Shown in pieces: positions 1 through 13,311 of a stretch of DNA of 45,941 nucleotides (its first letter is position 1; each line of letters starts with the position of its first letter). A model generated the notes under the pieces. The model had not been told where the DNA came from. It saw nothing but the letters and a program-made list of their open reading frames with translations, and did not search any database. The stretch comes from Octopus bimaculoides (taxonomy: Eukaryota). Location: positions 29,471,868 to 29,517,808 of the forward strand of contig NC_069005.1 in NCBI RefSeq assembly GCF_001194135.2. Reading direction: 5' to 3'. A program made the translations under genes and the position numbers.

Positions 1-31
1 TTTGCCAGCAGATGATGTGTCGACAGGAGAA

Positions 32-1461
32 ATGGCAACATCACTGCTTGTGAGTCGGTGATTTTTCAGAGAAGTGCAAATGTAAAACCGTACGTGCAAG
101 TACATGCGCACTCACACATCATCGTCATCATCGTTTGTCTGCTTTCATTAGAGTTTAATAGTATTTTCTTCCCATAACGTTTTTTTAGGATTAGCTGAGG
201 TGTGGCTGTGTGGTAAGAAGCTTTGCTTCCCAACCACATGTTTCTGGGTTCAGTCTCTCACAGCGTGGCACCTTGGGCAAGCATCTTCTAGCCTTGGGCT
301 GACCAAAGCCTTGTGAGTGGATGTGGTAGATGGAAACTGAAGGAAGCCTGTTATGTGTCCATCACCACTTGACAACTGATGTTGCTGTGTTTATGTACTC
401 CTAATTTAGAAGTTCTGCAAAAGAGACCGATAAAATAAGTTCTAGGCTTGAAAAATAATAAGTCCTGGGGTTATATTCTTCGTAGTCGTTGTATGGGAAA
501 GTTTCATTTCCCAACGAACAATTATTTGATCAAATCATCTCAATACATCCTTAGAATGAGATAATCACCTACTATTTTGGCATGAGATGAATGGTTTGAT
601 GGTACGTGAGTTGAATGGTTTGACAGGACCCGAGTTGAATGATTTGACAGGCAGAGGACTGTCTGGATCCAATATCTGCTTTGGCTTGTTTTCTATGGTT
701 GGATGCTCTTCCTCATGCCAACCACTACAAAAATGTATTGAGTGCTTTGTTTGTGAGACCAGCACTTGAGAGGTCACCAGGTGAAGGAAATGGGAGTGGC
801 CAAGAGAGGAGGAGGTGGTAGGTGGATGACTACAAAACAAAAAGATGGTTGGTTGAGAGCGCAGACAGAATTTACAGAGGATGATATAAGAGACAAAATA
901 ATATGTGATGAACGAAGGTGATGGTGGTGATGGGGAGCGTTTGTGAGAGGATGTTTGGTGGGGAAAGGGTATTCAGTGGGTGGAAAATGAGGAGATTAAG
1001 GGTATATTGAGAATGCGGGTGGTGGTGGGGGTAACAAAAAAGAAAAGGTTCTAAGGAGAGGAATAACTGGTTGCATAAAAGAACGAAATATGTGCAGTTC
1101 TCCTTTCATTGAGTCGCCTTTTTTGTTCCATTTGGATTTCCTGACACATCTCTGCTCATTTTTTGTATATATATATTTATATTTTTGTTTGTCTTTCCAA
1201 GAACTTCTAAACTTCAAAGATTCAAAATTTGTATGGTATAAACCTTTAGCTACTAGAATTTAAATGTTGAAGATCAATACATGTTAACAGTAATTTTACT
1301 AAAAATCAATAAATATATATGTGTATATATATATATATATATNNNNNNNNNNNNNNNNNNNNNNNNNNNNNNNNNNNNNNNNNNNNNNNNNNNNNNNNNN
1401 NNNNNNNNNNNNNNNNNNNNNNNNNNNNNNNNNNNNNNNNNNNNNNNNNNNNNNNNNTATA

Positions 1462-1513
<52 letters not shown>

Positions 1514-4500
1514 TATATGTGTGTGTATACATGCACACGTGTGTGTTTGTATATACATATATATCAGTTGAATAAAGTGGAAACAGTCTGGTTTTCACGT
1601 TTTTTTATAATGGTATTTTTACAAAATTAGCGCTTTCATACATAATGTACTCATCAGATTTCAAATGTATTTAAATGACAGTGGAGTTCATGACACACCA
1701 TGATGTTTAAGAGCATAAGGATTGATCAAAAAGTTATTCTAAAAATTCAGCTGGCTGGAGCATTCTAAGAGGTACTAAAGTTGTCAAGAACTCCTCTGTC
1801 ATTTAAACACATCTGAAATCTGATGAGAACACTATGTGTGAAAACACATAGTGTTCTCATCAGAACTAATTTTGTTAAAATACCATAATGAAAGAAGTTT
1901 GAAAACAGGCTATGTATTCCCTTTATTCAACTGATATGTTATATATATATATATAAATATGTATATATATANNNNNNNNNNNNNNNNNNNNNNNNNNNNN
2001 NNNNNNNNNNNNNNNNNNNNNNNNNNNNNNNNNNNNNNNNNNNNNNNNNNNNNNNNNNNNNNNNNNNNNNNNNNNNNNNNNNNNNNNNNNNNNNNNNNNN
2101 NNNNNNNNNNNNNNNNNNNNNNNNNNNNNNNNNNNNNNNNNNNNNNNNNNNNNNNNNNNNNNNNNNNNNNNNNNNNNNNNNNNNNNNNNNNNNNNNNNNN
2201 NNNNNNNNNNNNNNNNNNNNNNNNNNNNNNNNNNNNNNNNNNNNNNNNNNNNNNNNNNNNNNNNNNNNNNNNNNNNNNNNNNNNNNNNNNNNNNNNNNNN
2301 NNNNNNNNNNNNNNNNNNNNNNNNNNNNNNNNNNNNNNNNNNNNNNNNNNNNNNNNNNNNNNNNNNNNNNNNNNNNNNNNNNNNNNNNNNNNNNNNNNNN
2401 NNNNNNNNNNNNNNNNNNNNNNNNNNNNNNNNNNNNNNNNNNNNNNNNNNNNNNNNNNNNNNNNNNNNNNNNNNNNNNNNNNNNNNNNNNNNNNNNNNNN
2501 NNNNNNNNNNNNNNNNNNNNNNNNNNNNNNNNNNNNNNNNNNNNNNNNNNNNNNNNNNNNNNNNNNNNNNNNNNNNNNNNNNNNNNNNNNNNNNNNNNNN
2601 NNNNNNNNNNNNNNNNNNNNNNNNNNNNNNNNNNNNNNNNNNNNNNNNNNNNNNNNNNNNNNNNNNNNNNNNNNNNNNNNNNNNNNNNNNNNNNNNNNNN
2701 NNNTATATATATATATATATATAATGTATATATATATATATAATGTATATATATATATAATGTATATATATATATATAATGTATATATATATATATAATG
2801 TATATATATATATATATAATGTATATATATATATAATGTATATATTGTGTGTATATATATATAATGCATATATATTGTGTGTGTGTATGTATGTATATGC
2901 ATGTATATAAAATATTTATACTGTGTATCTGTACTTCCAGGGGCACCTTCCTTCAACCAATATAATGACACAAATTCCCAAGAATAACAATATCAAGGTT
3001 TGTTTAATTATGATTTATTAATTGTTTTGTTATTGTTTTATCTATCTATATATCTGTCTAAATATTTTTTAATTAAATATCTGCTTTATTTTCAAAACAA
3101 CCTTCTTGACTCCTTTTTCTGTCTCCTCTTCCCAGCATACTTTAAGTTACTCCTCACCTGGCATAAAGCCACCTCCCTCAATACTACTCCACTCAGTTGA
3201 GTGAGAAGATCCTTAGTAGAAAGGATCATCATCATCATCATCATCATCGTCATCACTAACATCATCTCTTTTTCTTTCTTTCTTTTTCATTTCAGACTCA
3301 CCCAAGTGTGAGGATCAAAGGAACTGAAACCAATTTTAACCCAGTCATGTGTTTGGATTTATCGTGTTCGAATCAAAATCCTCATATGCATTGTCCATTT
3401 TGTGTGAAGTCCGAATCCTATCAAGATCCTGTCATTCTCAAAGTCCACTACCGAGTGAAACATGTAGACAAGGGGATAGAATTTGCTGGTAATGTTGCTC
3501 TGTTTTTTCCATTAAAAAATTTGCAAATATTTCTTAGAGCCGTTATCTATCTTTTACTCGTTTCAGTAATTAGAGGCTGGCCATGCTGGGGCACTACCTT
3601 TAAAGGGTTTAGTTGAACAAATTGATCCCAGCACTTAACGTTTTTTTTTAAAACTTCTGGTACTTATTCTATCTGTCTCTTTATAAACCAACACTGGTTG
3701 TTTGTTTACGTATGTTGGGAGAAGATATCAAACATGGACACCAAGATAAACACATCACATATATATATATATCCTGCCCACAACAGAATTGAGATCTTAA
3801 AACCAAGGTTCCATGTTAAAAAGCATTGGTATTGGTGCCACGTAAAAAGCATCCAGTATGCTCTGTAAAGTGGTTGGCATTAGGAAAGACATCCAGCCCT
3901 AGAAACCAAACCAAAACAGACTATGGAAGCTGGTGCAACCTCAGGCTTCACCAATTTCTGTCAAGCTGTCCCGGAGCCCAGATGAAGGGTAAAGTTAAGA
4001 CATAGGGACCCAGGTCTGAGAGGATTTAAGCACTACAGTATTTAATGATCAAACTATGCTTTATCGACCACCATGTTATATTTTATTTAATTAATGTTTT
4101 GTGTTTTAACAATGTTGTTGCTGTGACAGGTTTAAAGATTTTACGCTGCTGTGACCACTGTGACATAGTAGGAATCATCAAAGGTGAGAAGAAGTTCAAG
4201 AGGGCACACTGGCACTGTTACAAATGCCGTAATGGTTTCAACAGACGTGATGAGGCGATAAAACATTATAAAACACATTTTAGAAATCCACAGACAACAT
4301 TCCAAATACAGATTGCTCAGGTGAGTCGAAGGAATCTTCTGTGTCTTCTTTCTTTATTTATTCCCATTTGAGCTTAGAGTTGGGGGAAGTGGCAGGAGTG
4401 GGGGTGGTGGCTAATTCAAGTTAGTCACTCGAGGTATGTCACAGGGTAGACAGAAACTGGGCCAAAGCTTGTTGGGTTGTGCATTTTCATGAATGGTTGA

Positions 4501-7500
4501 CTGAATCTATTGCGCCAGGTTTTGCTTTGGCATAGTTTTTATGGCTGGATACCATTTTCAATGCCAATCTCTCTACAACGTGTACTGGCTGCTTTTTCTT
4601 TTTAGTTTTGTAGCAGTAGGACTAACGGGGTCACCAAGTAAGTCGCAAGACAAGCTTCTTCAGCTGAATGGCGGTGGGTGGGTATTGTCAAGTTAAGTGG
4701 CTTTATACCAGGTGTTGAGAGGTTAAATTATGATATGGTGCAAATGAACAAAAAACAAAAGATAGAGACAGGTGAGGGAACAGCACACAAGGTGTATTAG
4801 TTTGATATTCAGGTAAAATAGAAAAAAGTTATGATCGAGGGGACAGGTGCAGGTGTCTTGCTAGAGAGGAAGTACATGGTTTCCTCAACTGGAAAGAGAT
4901 TGAGATATGGTGAAGGAGTATTCTGGAAGTACAAGTTGAATATAAGAGAGAGAGCATGAGACTAGGGATAGAGGATCAGAAAGAGGGGTGAGTTGTTAAG
5001 TTCAGAAGAGTATGAAAGGAGTGTAACAGATGATAAGAAACAGAGATAGAGGTGGACACATGGGTTGGATGGGTCTGTAAAGTTCCTCCACCCCAGACTC
5101 TTTGCTTCCAATTGTTATCATGCTTTTGCGTGTCCAGTCTGTATCTCCGCCATTTTTTTTCTTTCATCCTAGGAAGTCACTCAAGCATCGAACGCAGGGG
5201 CTGAAGACCAAGCCGCCACTCACACAATCAGTCAAGAAGAAGTATCCATCCATCCAGTTCTTACAGAAGCAGCCATATTGTCAAGTCCTAACACAGATGA
5301 ACAGAACAGTAAGTTGTCGTAAATAGTTTCATTTCTCTGTATAGGAGGGGCCAAAGCCCCATGAGTATATGTTGCTCATGTGGATTGAGGTTGGGAGAGC
5401 AACTGTACATCACAAGGCACCCACCAGTAGCAGGTGACTGCAGGAGTTATATAACTCGAAGTACAGCCCTGACAGAACAGACCTATGTTAAAAATAAAAA
5501 AAAAGCCTCCCAGCCATGATCATCACGTCTATTATTTCTAATACTACATTACTTATTGGAGTCCATGATATCATCATTTCCCTATTTAAAATAGGTTATG
5601 ATTTAATAGAAGTTTGACTGTTATTTTTGGCAGGCTGAGAGCCCACATAAAGGGTGCATTGTTGGTTGGATGCCCTCCCTAATGCCAACCACTTTACAGA
5701 GTGTGCTGGTTGCTTTTTACATGTCACCGGCATGGGTACGTTTCCACAGCACCGGCACCTGTAAAGGACAAGCCTGTATATATAGAGGACAGCAACTGTA
5801 CTTAGGTTGATGTGTCTCCTCAAGTACAGCAGATCATCACAGCTCCTGGTTCCTTGTCATTTCCTAAGTGAGGCCCAGCGCCTGAAGATCCTTTCTCACT
5901 TCTTCATCCTACATCTTCCTGGGTCAACCCTTTCCACAGGTTCCCTCCACAATTACAGCTTGGAACTTTTTTTTTATGCAGCTGTCCTCATCCATATGTT
6001 TCTATGTTTCTTGATATTTATTTTCCTATTTCATTATAATCTTTTGCTTTTTTTTCCCTCTTGCAGCCTACGTAAGTCGGACATCAAATAATATTTTGAG
6101 CAACGGCAAGTCCCCCGACAGAGCTGTGCACGTATCTGTGGCTGCAAATGAGACAGTAGACACGACAGACAGCCAAACAATCATGATCATTAAAGAAGAC
6201 ATCACAGACATCAACAACTCCTTCACCACTCAAATTGTCTCGAATGATGTAAGTTGGAGAGATCTTACAAACATTTTTGTCAGTATTCTGACTAATAGCA
6301 TTAGCTACTTTTGACATACACTTTTTCATCTAACTCATGCTAGCATAGTAAACAGACATAACACAATATATGAACATATATACATACAAATTGTAATTCT
6401 TGTTGGCTTTTGTTATACCATCTGCTTTGGTTTTTATATTTTGGATCCTAGGACGTAACAATATTTAATAATAAACTCTCAGAAAAAGAGTATGCATTGC
6501 TTCAAGACAAATACGATCAATTGGCACTCGACAAAGCTCAACAGGAACAAGATTTCAAGGCAGAAATTGAGCAACTCAAGCTACAGGTAAGCAATGTTAG
6601 AGACTTCCATATATATCTCCGCGTGAATGGAAAAATCACTGGAATGCTATGTTGGATTTTGTATCACATTCCACATAAAAGATCATGCAGCATTTAGGAA
6701 GTTCTGCAAATATGACTCCAATGTCTTTTCATTTCTCGTGTCAGCAGTTTATCTAGCGTGGGGTGGGGGAAAGAAATAACACTATTTTAATTAATAATAT
6801 TTTTTATAAGCGATCATCATGCATTGACTAAGTTAAATAGTTTTCATATTAAGGCATATAAGGCCTTGATGGAAAAAAAAGTAAGGTTTGCCGTACGCAT
6901 GGGACTTGAACCCACACTTTTATGTATTAGCAACAAGTGTGCTACCATTTACATTAACATACTCCTATGTTGCAAATACATAGCGGTGTGAGTTTGAGTC
7001 CCATGCATATGATAAACCCTTCTTATTTCTGTCGAGTGTTTATAAGCCCCAGTATTAGACTATTTAACTTAGTCAATACTTGGTGACCCCTTATAATTTG
7101 AACATAAAACTGGAGAAAATGCCACTAAGCATTTCATCTTATGTGCCAACTTGTTTCCTTGTGTAATACTATACTCATAGCAAAACATTATAATTCGGTT
7201 TAAAAACAATTTTGTTTTTGTATGTTTTCAGATTGAATTGCTCAATAAAGAACTTTCTAATTACCAGAAGAGAGAACAGGAGTTGATCAATCAACTTTGT
7301 CCACCAGCAGAGAAGACAGTTGCTGAATTAATTGAACACATGGAGGTGCAACATCGGAACTTACTGAACCAACACTTGGCTCAGCTACGCAGCACCTACC
7401 TATCGAATCTACCGTCTCACTTGACCGACACTACTATAGTGACCACGTCGACTACATCTTCTCAATCGGACACTCTGCTGACTTCGTCTGCTGTTGCCGA

Positions 7501-8050
7501 CGACGGATGCGAGCAGGAGCAGCAGGTAGAGAGCGAAGAATACGAGACAGCATCCTCGTTGCGACAGCATCATCAGTCCCACGTCGCAGTCGAGGTAAAC
7601 AGTGCAGAGAGCCTTGAGCAGCATCAACAGGAACATATAGCTTATTTAACAGACAATGTTGTAGCCCGTATACAAACGGCTCACTCTCATAGTGGCCAGG
7701 TCCACGACGACATTGTAATCATAACTTCGTCTGAAGATCCGACGGATCAGAATGAACCGAACGAAAGTAGTGGGATGGAGAGCGAGCCTTTGATCATATG
7801 TGCTTCGACAATGGACGAGGCTGTCAGTTGTAGCACTAACAACGAAGCCGAGAACAATGAGACTACTGTGATTGATCCACAACAGGAGCAGCTAAGTACG
7901 GAAGAGGAGAAAAGCGGTTCTAAAACTGATACAGCGACAGAGGTTCAGGTCGTCAGTATAATTCACACCCCAAGCAAAAACGAGATACCTGTTAATCAAC
8001 CAAAACCCCACTTTGAACCCCCAAACAAACGGCTGCGCACTGAAACGTGA
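32..8050 (+). CDS. Gene A: uncharacterised zinc-finger / coiled-coil protein (~557 aa if ATG 32 is the start; may extend upstream of the window)
   Basis: Exons 32-49, 3296-3488, 4130-4320, 5173-5308, 6067-6248, 6452-6586, 7232-8050. All introns are GT-AG with matching phases (0,1,0,1,0,0). Motifs: HMHCPFC-x14-H-x4-H, HWHCYKC-x12-H-x3-H, coiled coil EKEYALLQDKY...REQELINQL, acidic low-complexity tail, C-terminal PNKRLR (NLS-like). AATAAA at 8777-8782. Confidence 0.82.
199..470 (+). mobile_element. tRNA-derived SINE family 1; copies at 10250-10398(+), 12640-12735(-), 13118-13380(+), 41255-41608(-), 42540-42846(-)
   Basis: A-box-like GGCTGTGTGGTAA, B-box-like GGTTCAGTCCC, shared body ccttgggcaagtgtcttctactatagcc...gtgagtggatttggtaga, (TA)n tail. 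Confidence 0.85.
1635..1864. repeat. Inverted-repeat element (~58-bp arms) ending in a perfect 21-bp hairpin
   Basis: gtactcatcagatttcaaatgtatttaaatgacag vs ctgtcatttaaacacatctgaaatctgatgagaac; hairpin at 1819-1864. Confidence 0.8.
6823..7077. repeat. Palindromic (fold-back) element in gene A intron, between exons 6452-6586 and 7232-8050
   Basis: attgactaagttaaatag / ctatttaacttagtcaat outer arms; catgggacttgaacccacac / gtgtgagtttgagtcccatg inner arms. Confidence 0.8.
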
Positions 8051-10039
8051 ATAACAAACACTACAACAAAAAGAAAAGAAAAGAAAATGTTCCAAATGGA
8101 GAGGAGCTGGGGTTCATGCCTTGTAATGTTTCACTAAAGATTGTTAACGATTCAGTACAGTCTGAAGCTTTCTACACAGTCTTGCATTTAATGAGCTTTA
8201 AAAAAAAAAAAATGAATTTTTTAATCAACAAATGGGAATTTCTTATCAAGTTGACTCACAAAACAAATAAGTTAATCTTGTGAGAGTCCCAAATGTGTTG
8301 AGGTGTGCAAGGTGTGCAGGAAAGCTGGTGTATATGTTCAACAGTTCAGAATTTAATTGAAGGGGAAGATTTCGGAGTTATCAGACAAGTAATTCTATAG
8401 AAAGATTCTCTCTGGTTCATATTGAAATTTCTTCTTTACCTCATATGTTAAAACATTGTGTGTGTTTGTACATGTGTTGTGTATGTATGTTGTTTTGTTT
8501 TCTGTGTATCTGACAGTAATATTTGTATGTACACTTGGAAAACAGAAAGTCAAACCAAAACAGAATATCAAACCAAGAGGGAGGTGGGGAAACTAACTCA
8601 GCATTACATGTTTACTGCATCTCTTCTTCACTCCCAGTCCTGACAGTAAAAAACAAAAACAAAAAACCTTCCTTCAATTAAGGTTTATTCTTCTTCCCTT
8701 TTGTCCTGTCTGGTTCATGTAGAAAAGAGAAGTACTAAAATACCAAATTAAGATCCGTGCACATTGAAACAGTGTAAATAAAGAATATTTATTTTCTTTG
8801 ACTTGTTTTACTCCGAAATTTCAGATGAGAATGAAATTGCTAGATTAACCATTTAGTGTTCAGATTATTCTGTCAAATCTAATGCTTATTTATTACCTCC
8901 GCCTTAGCAAAGGCATTGTTTTCAGTTGTGTTTGTTTGTAGACAAGATGTCTCAAGAACTGCTGGATGGATATGGATGAAACTTCCAGTGATGTTTGGTC
9001 TCGTGACTGGCATGAACTGATTAGATTTTGGGGATCGATCCAGTACCGGACAAGGATTCTAGATTATTTTTCCTGTTTTTATTTTTTTTTTTACTTAATT
9101 TTTGAGAGTGATCAGGTTCATTTTTAGTATTCTCGTTTGTGAGAGCACAAGTTTATTTCAGATATTCTCATTTTAAAAATTGTCTCTGGCTAATCGTTGA
9201 GAGGATGTAGGTGTTTCTTTTCAAATAACTTGGTATTATCTCATAGCTTTAAGATTTCAATGATGTGATTATGCATTTTCAGAATGACATTGTAGAACAG
9301 CTATAAGAGGTCTGATCTAATCAGTTTGAACATAAAACAGGTTGTATACTCGGGCCGGTTATGGTTGGTTTAAATGCTAAAGGGTTAAAGCAGCCCTGTC
9401 TAGCCCAAGTATTCTACCAGTCATATGTTCAAACTGGCCAGATTTGGCTCTTCACACCCACCCTACAATGTTAGTTTAAAAATAACATCAAATTGTAGTT
9501 GTGAGCCCTGTGCCAGTAGAATGTAAAAAGCACCATCCAAACGTGGCTGATGCCAGTGCCGCCTTGACTGGCTTCTGTGCTGGTGGCATGTAAAAAGCAC
9601 CCACTACACTCACTGAGTGGTTGGCATTAGGAAGGGCATCCAGCTGTAGAAACACTGTCAGATCAGATTGGGGCCTGGTGCAGCTTCCTGGCTTCCCAGA
9701 CCCCAGTCGAACCTTCCAACCTATGCCAGCATGGAAAACAGACGTTAAATGATGATGATGATTGAAATCTCAAAGTTGTGAGATAATCCATGATTAATTC
9801 AAATCAGGGAATAAATAATATTTGATAGAGCAATCTGAATGCTAAATGGGGCTAAAAATAATTACCTAAATCATACTTCACACACACGTATTCATTCATG
9901 TGTTCACGCCCCACATGTATATAAATATACACACATTAGCTATTTAGTGTATCGTTGAAGTCAAAAGAAAAACAAATTTAGAAAAAAAGTAATTTTTATT
10001 GTAAAAGATATATTTTAAAAAACTGTATAAAAGTTGAAG

Positions 10040-13000
10040 TCATTGAGGGGCATCTATCACAAGTTCAGCATCATCGTCGACATCACCCAACAATCCTGAG
10101 GCATCCTGGGCGGTTTCACTGGCAGAAGAAAACGGAAAGAGAAACGCGTTTATTTTTTGTAGAGAGAATTAGAAATGAAGGAATTATAAATTTATGTCTT
10201 TACCCATCGCTAAGCTGTTGGTAAAAAAAAAATGTTAATCATGCACATAGGTGCAGGCATGGCTCTGTGGTAAGAAGCTTGCTTCCCAACCACATGGTTC
10301 CGGGTTCAGCCCCACTGTGTGGCACCTTGGGCTGACCAAAGCTTTGTGAGTGGATTTGGTAGACACAAACTGAAAGAAACTCATTGTATATATATATATT
10401 TGGCATATTTTGCTTTATGGGTTCAATAAAGACAACAATGCAATGAAAAGTGCAAGGAATATTAATGCAGTATATGGGGACCAGACAATAAGCGTAAGAC
10501 AGTTTCAATGGTGGTTCCAGAAATTCAAAGCTGGAAACTACAGCCACATACAGTGAGGATGAGATTCCAAAGACTGGAGCAGTTTGAATGGGAAACAATG
10601 CCTCGCCCACCATATTTGCTGAACATTGCACCATCTGACTATCATTTATTCTGCACTCTTCAAAATCATTTGGATGGAAAGAATATGAATTCTTTAGACA
10701 AGGTCAGAACAGTACTGGAGGAGTGTTTTTTGTCGTGGACAAGTGAATTTTGGAAGAGGAGCCTTGCAAGTCTACCAGATAGATGGAAGAGCATTGTAGA
10801 AAATGAAGGAGAGTATATTTTAGATTAAAAAAGAACTTTGTTTATCTTAATTTTGAAAAAACTGCATTATTTGTGATGACCCAATACTAAGTCAGCGGAT
10901 CTCAACCATTTTTTGTCTATAGACCCCTTTGATTCCTATTTTATTCTGGCAGACACCCTCACCACCCGAAGATCAAAAACTAATTTTATAGATCCTTCTT
11001 TCAAAATTCCTATTTCGTTTCTTCACACATTAAATTGTGTAGGTTGAACTCTGTAGAACATTAGAGAAAGAAACCCGTTTTCTTTGTTGCAAGAAATACA
11101 TCCAAAGTAACATTCTTTTATGGACTCTCAAAATACTACAAATTCCTATTTTGCTTGAATGGACACCCAAAAATCTTACATGGACCTCAGTTAAGAACCA
11201 CAGCACTAAACAAACACAAGCATTGCTAGAAATAGGAGTCAAAAAACAGAAGCACTTTCTATTTACTGACAGGGGAGATGACCTACTTACTACAAGTGAG
11301 TGAGTAAATAGAAAATGTACTTCTGTGGTTAGAGTTCTTTGAGTTTTATTTCTAGCAATGCTGGTGTCCCTGCACCTTCCATCATTTTTTAGTGATGGTG
11401 AATTATATATAAACTTACTTGCCATCTAATGTTATCTCCACCATAGCATCTTAAGATGTTGTCTATCTAGGTCGTCCCCCAGGATGCCCCAAGACTGTTT
11501 CCACACGTTTTTCCCCATTCATCTCAATCTTCCATAACAGTCCTCAGCTCCTGTACCCCTTCCATATCAGAATCCTCCAGCAAGTTGTCGATATAAGTCG
11601 TCTTCCTCATTCCTCTCCTGGTTCTTCCGTCTGTTGGTTGCCAGAGCACCAGCTTGTTAGCAATTTCATCATCGGTATGTCTGATGCAGTGTCCAGCTAG
11701 CCTCATCCTTCTATGCTGTATCTTCAATGTTACTTTTGGTAGTCCCTGGTATAAGTGTCAGCATTTGTTGTATGACTCTTCCAGGAGACACTGAATGCCA
11801 TTCTAAGCATCCTCGTATAACAACCGTCCAACTGCTTCTTCAATGCTTTAGTGAGCGTCCATGTTTCAGCCCCTCATAGAAGATCAGACTCCACTGTTAC
11901 CAGAAACAGCCTCACTTTCAATTTCCTTGCTAACTTTGAACTCCATACCTTTCTCAATTTATGGCATGTGCTCCAGGCAAGAGCTTTCCTTGCTACAATG
12001 TCTTTTTCAGTATTTTATGTCCACGCACCAAGGTATTTGAAGTTCTCAGCTACCTTGAGCGACTTACCGTCTTTCCCTTTTACTATGGGCTCCATGAGTA
12101 GGTATATTAAACCAAACACATCCTACATGCTAATGCAAGAAATCATTATTTCACAACACAACACAAAATCATTGAAATTTATCTCATCCTTTACCATTCT
12201 TTTCTCCTTTTCACCAATACAGTGGGTCTTGTTCTAAAAGAACATCCATGCTTAAGTGGGGATAAATACAGTGATGTTTGATTGTCACTCACCTGTCAGG
12301 ATCAGAGTTTTCATTGCTAAATATTTCCATTGGTAACTTGGCAGGTGCTTTCTCAATTCCGAAAGAATGCTGTCGAGACTCCAAATGTCTTTCTAGTTCC
12401 TCCCGGGTCATCTGGCCAGCAATTCTTTCAGGTTGTGGTTCAGGGGCTTTGGGTGTACCTGGACATAATCCAAAGAGACAATGGTACAGTAAGACACAGC
12501 ACTGAAGACAGTCGACAGGTAAAAGAGAATCAATTAGATAAGTGGTTCTCAACCATTTTTTGCCTATGGACCTCTTTGATTCCTATTTTACTCAGGTGGA
12601 CCCTCATAACCATTTTTATGGTTTTTATAGGCTCGGGGTTATAGTAGAAGACATTTGCCCAAGGTGTCACTCGGTAGGACTGAACCCAAGATCAAATGGT
12701 TGGGAAGCAAGTTTCTTAACCACACGGCTATACAAGCATTCTTTTCTCTAAACCTTGGACATTTCTGCAGATTTACTGCAAGACAACAGCAAATTCAGCG
12801 AAGAGAAAAGTAAAAAATGATTTTGCTAGCAAGAAAGTAGATAAGTCTTTCCTACCATCAGATAAATGGCTCTGCTCAGTATAGAGGAAATGTACTGGAA
12901 GAAATTCCATTTGTTGTGCCCAAAGCAAGCTATGGACACATAAAAAAAGAAATTTGATTTGAAATTATTCCTGTCATCTCTTTAATCTGTTGCAGACAGG

Positions 13001-13277
13001 AATCAGTACCGATCGCATTGGAACACCTTGTGTGTGAGAGAGCAGTGTGACATCTTGTTCTGTGTGGCACTGAGTTTTCAAATAGACCACACTGCGAAGA
13101 ATCTGTAAATATACAGCGCAGGAGTGGCAGTGTGGTAAGTAGCTTGCTTACCAACCACATGGTTCCGGGTTCATTCCCACTGCGTGGCACCTTGAGCAAG
13201 TGTCTTCTACTATAGCCTCGGGCAGACCAAAGCCTTGTGAGTGGATTTGGTAGAGGGAAACTGAAAGAAGCCTGTCG

Positions 13278-13311
<34 letters not shown>

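Noticed and set aside
199-260. tRNA genes at SINE heads
   Set aside because: There are A/B-box-like motifs but no cloverleaf, and each continues into a SINE body.
1810-1870. Hammerhead ribozyme (CTGATGA...GAAA...TTC)
   Set aside because: The core words are present, but stem II lacks the G-C closure and stem I is mismatched next to the core. The perfect hairpin would outcompete that fold.
1274-2971. YIYI/X-rich ORFs (also near 14100-14600 and 19130-19740)
   Set aside because: Artefacts of (TA)n tracts and N runs.
12289-12552. Resemblance of [10 protein letters not shown] to an axonemal dynein N-terminus
   Set aside because: The exon splices in phase into INO80E, and no dynein sequence is nearby.
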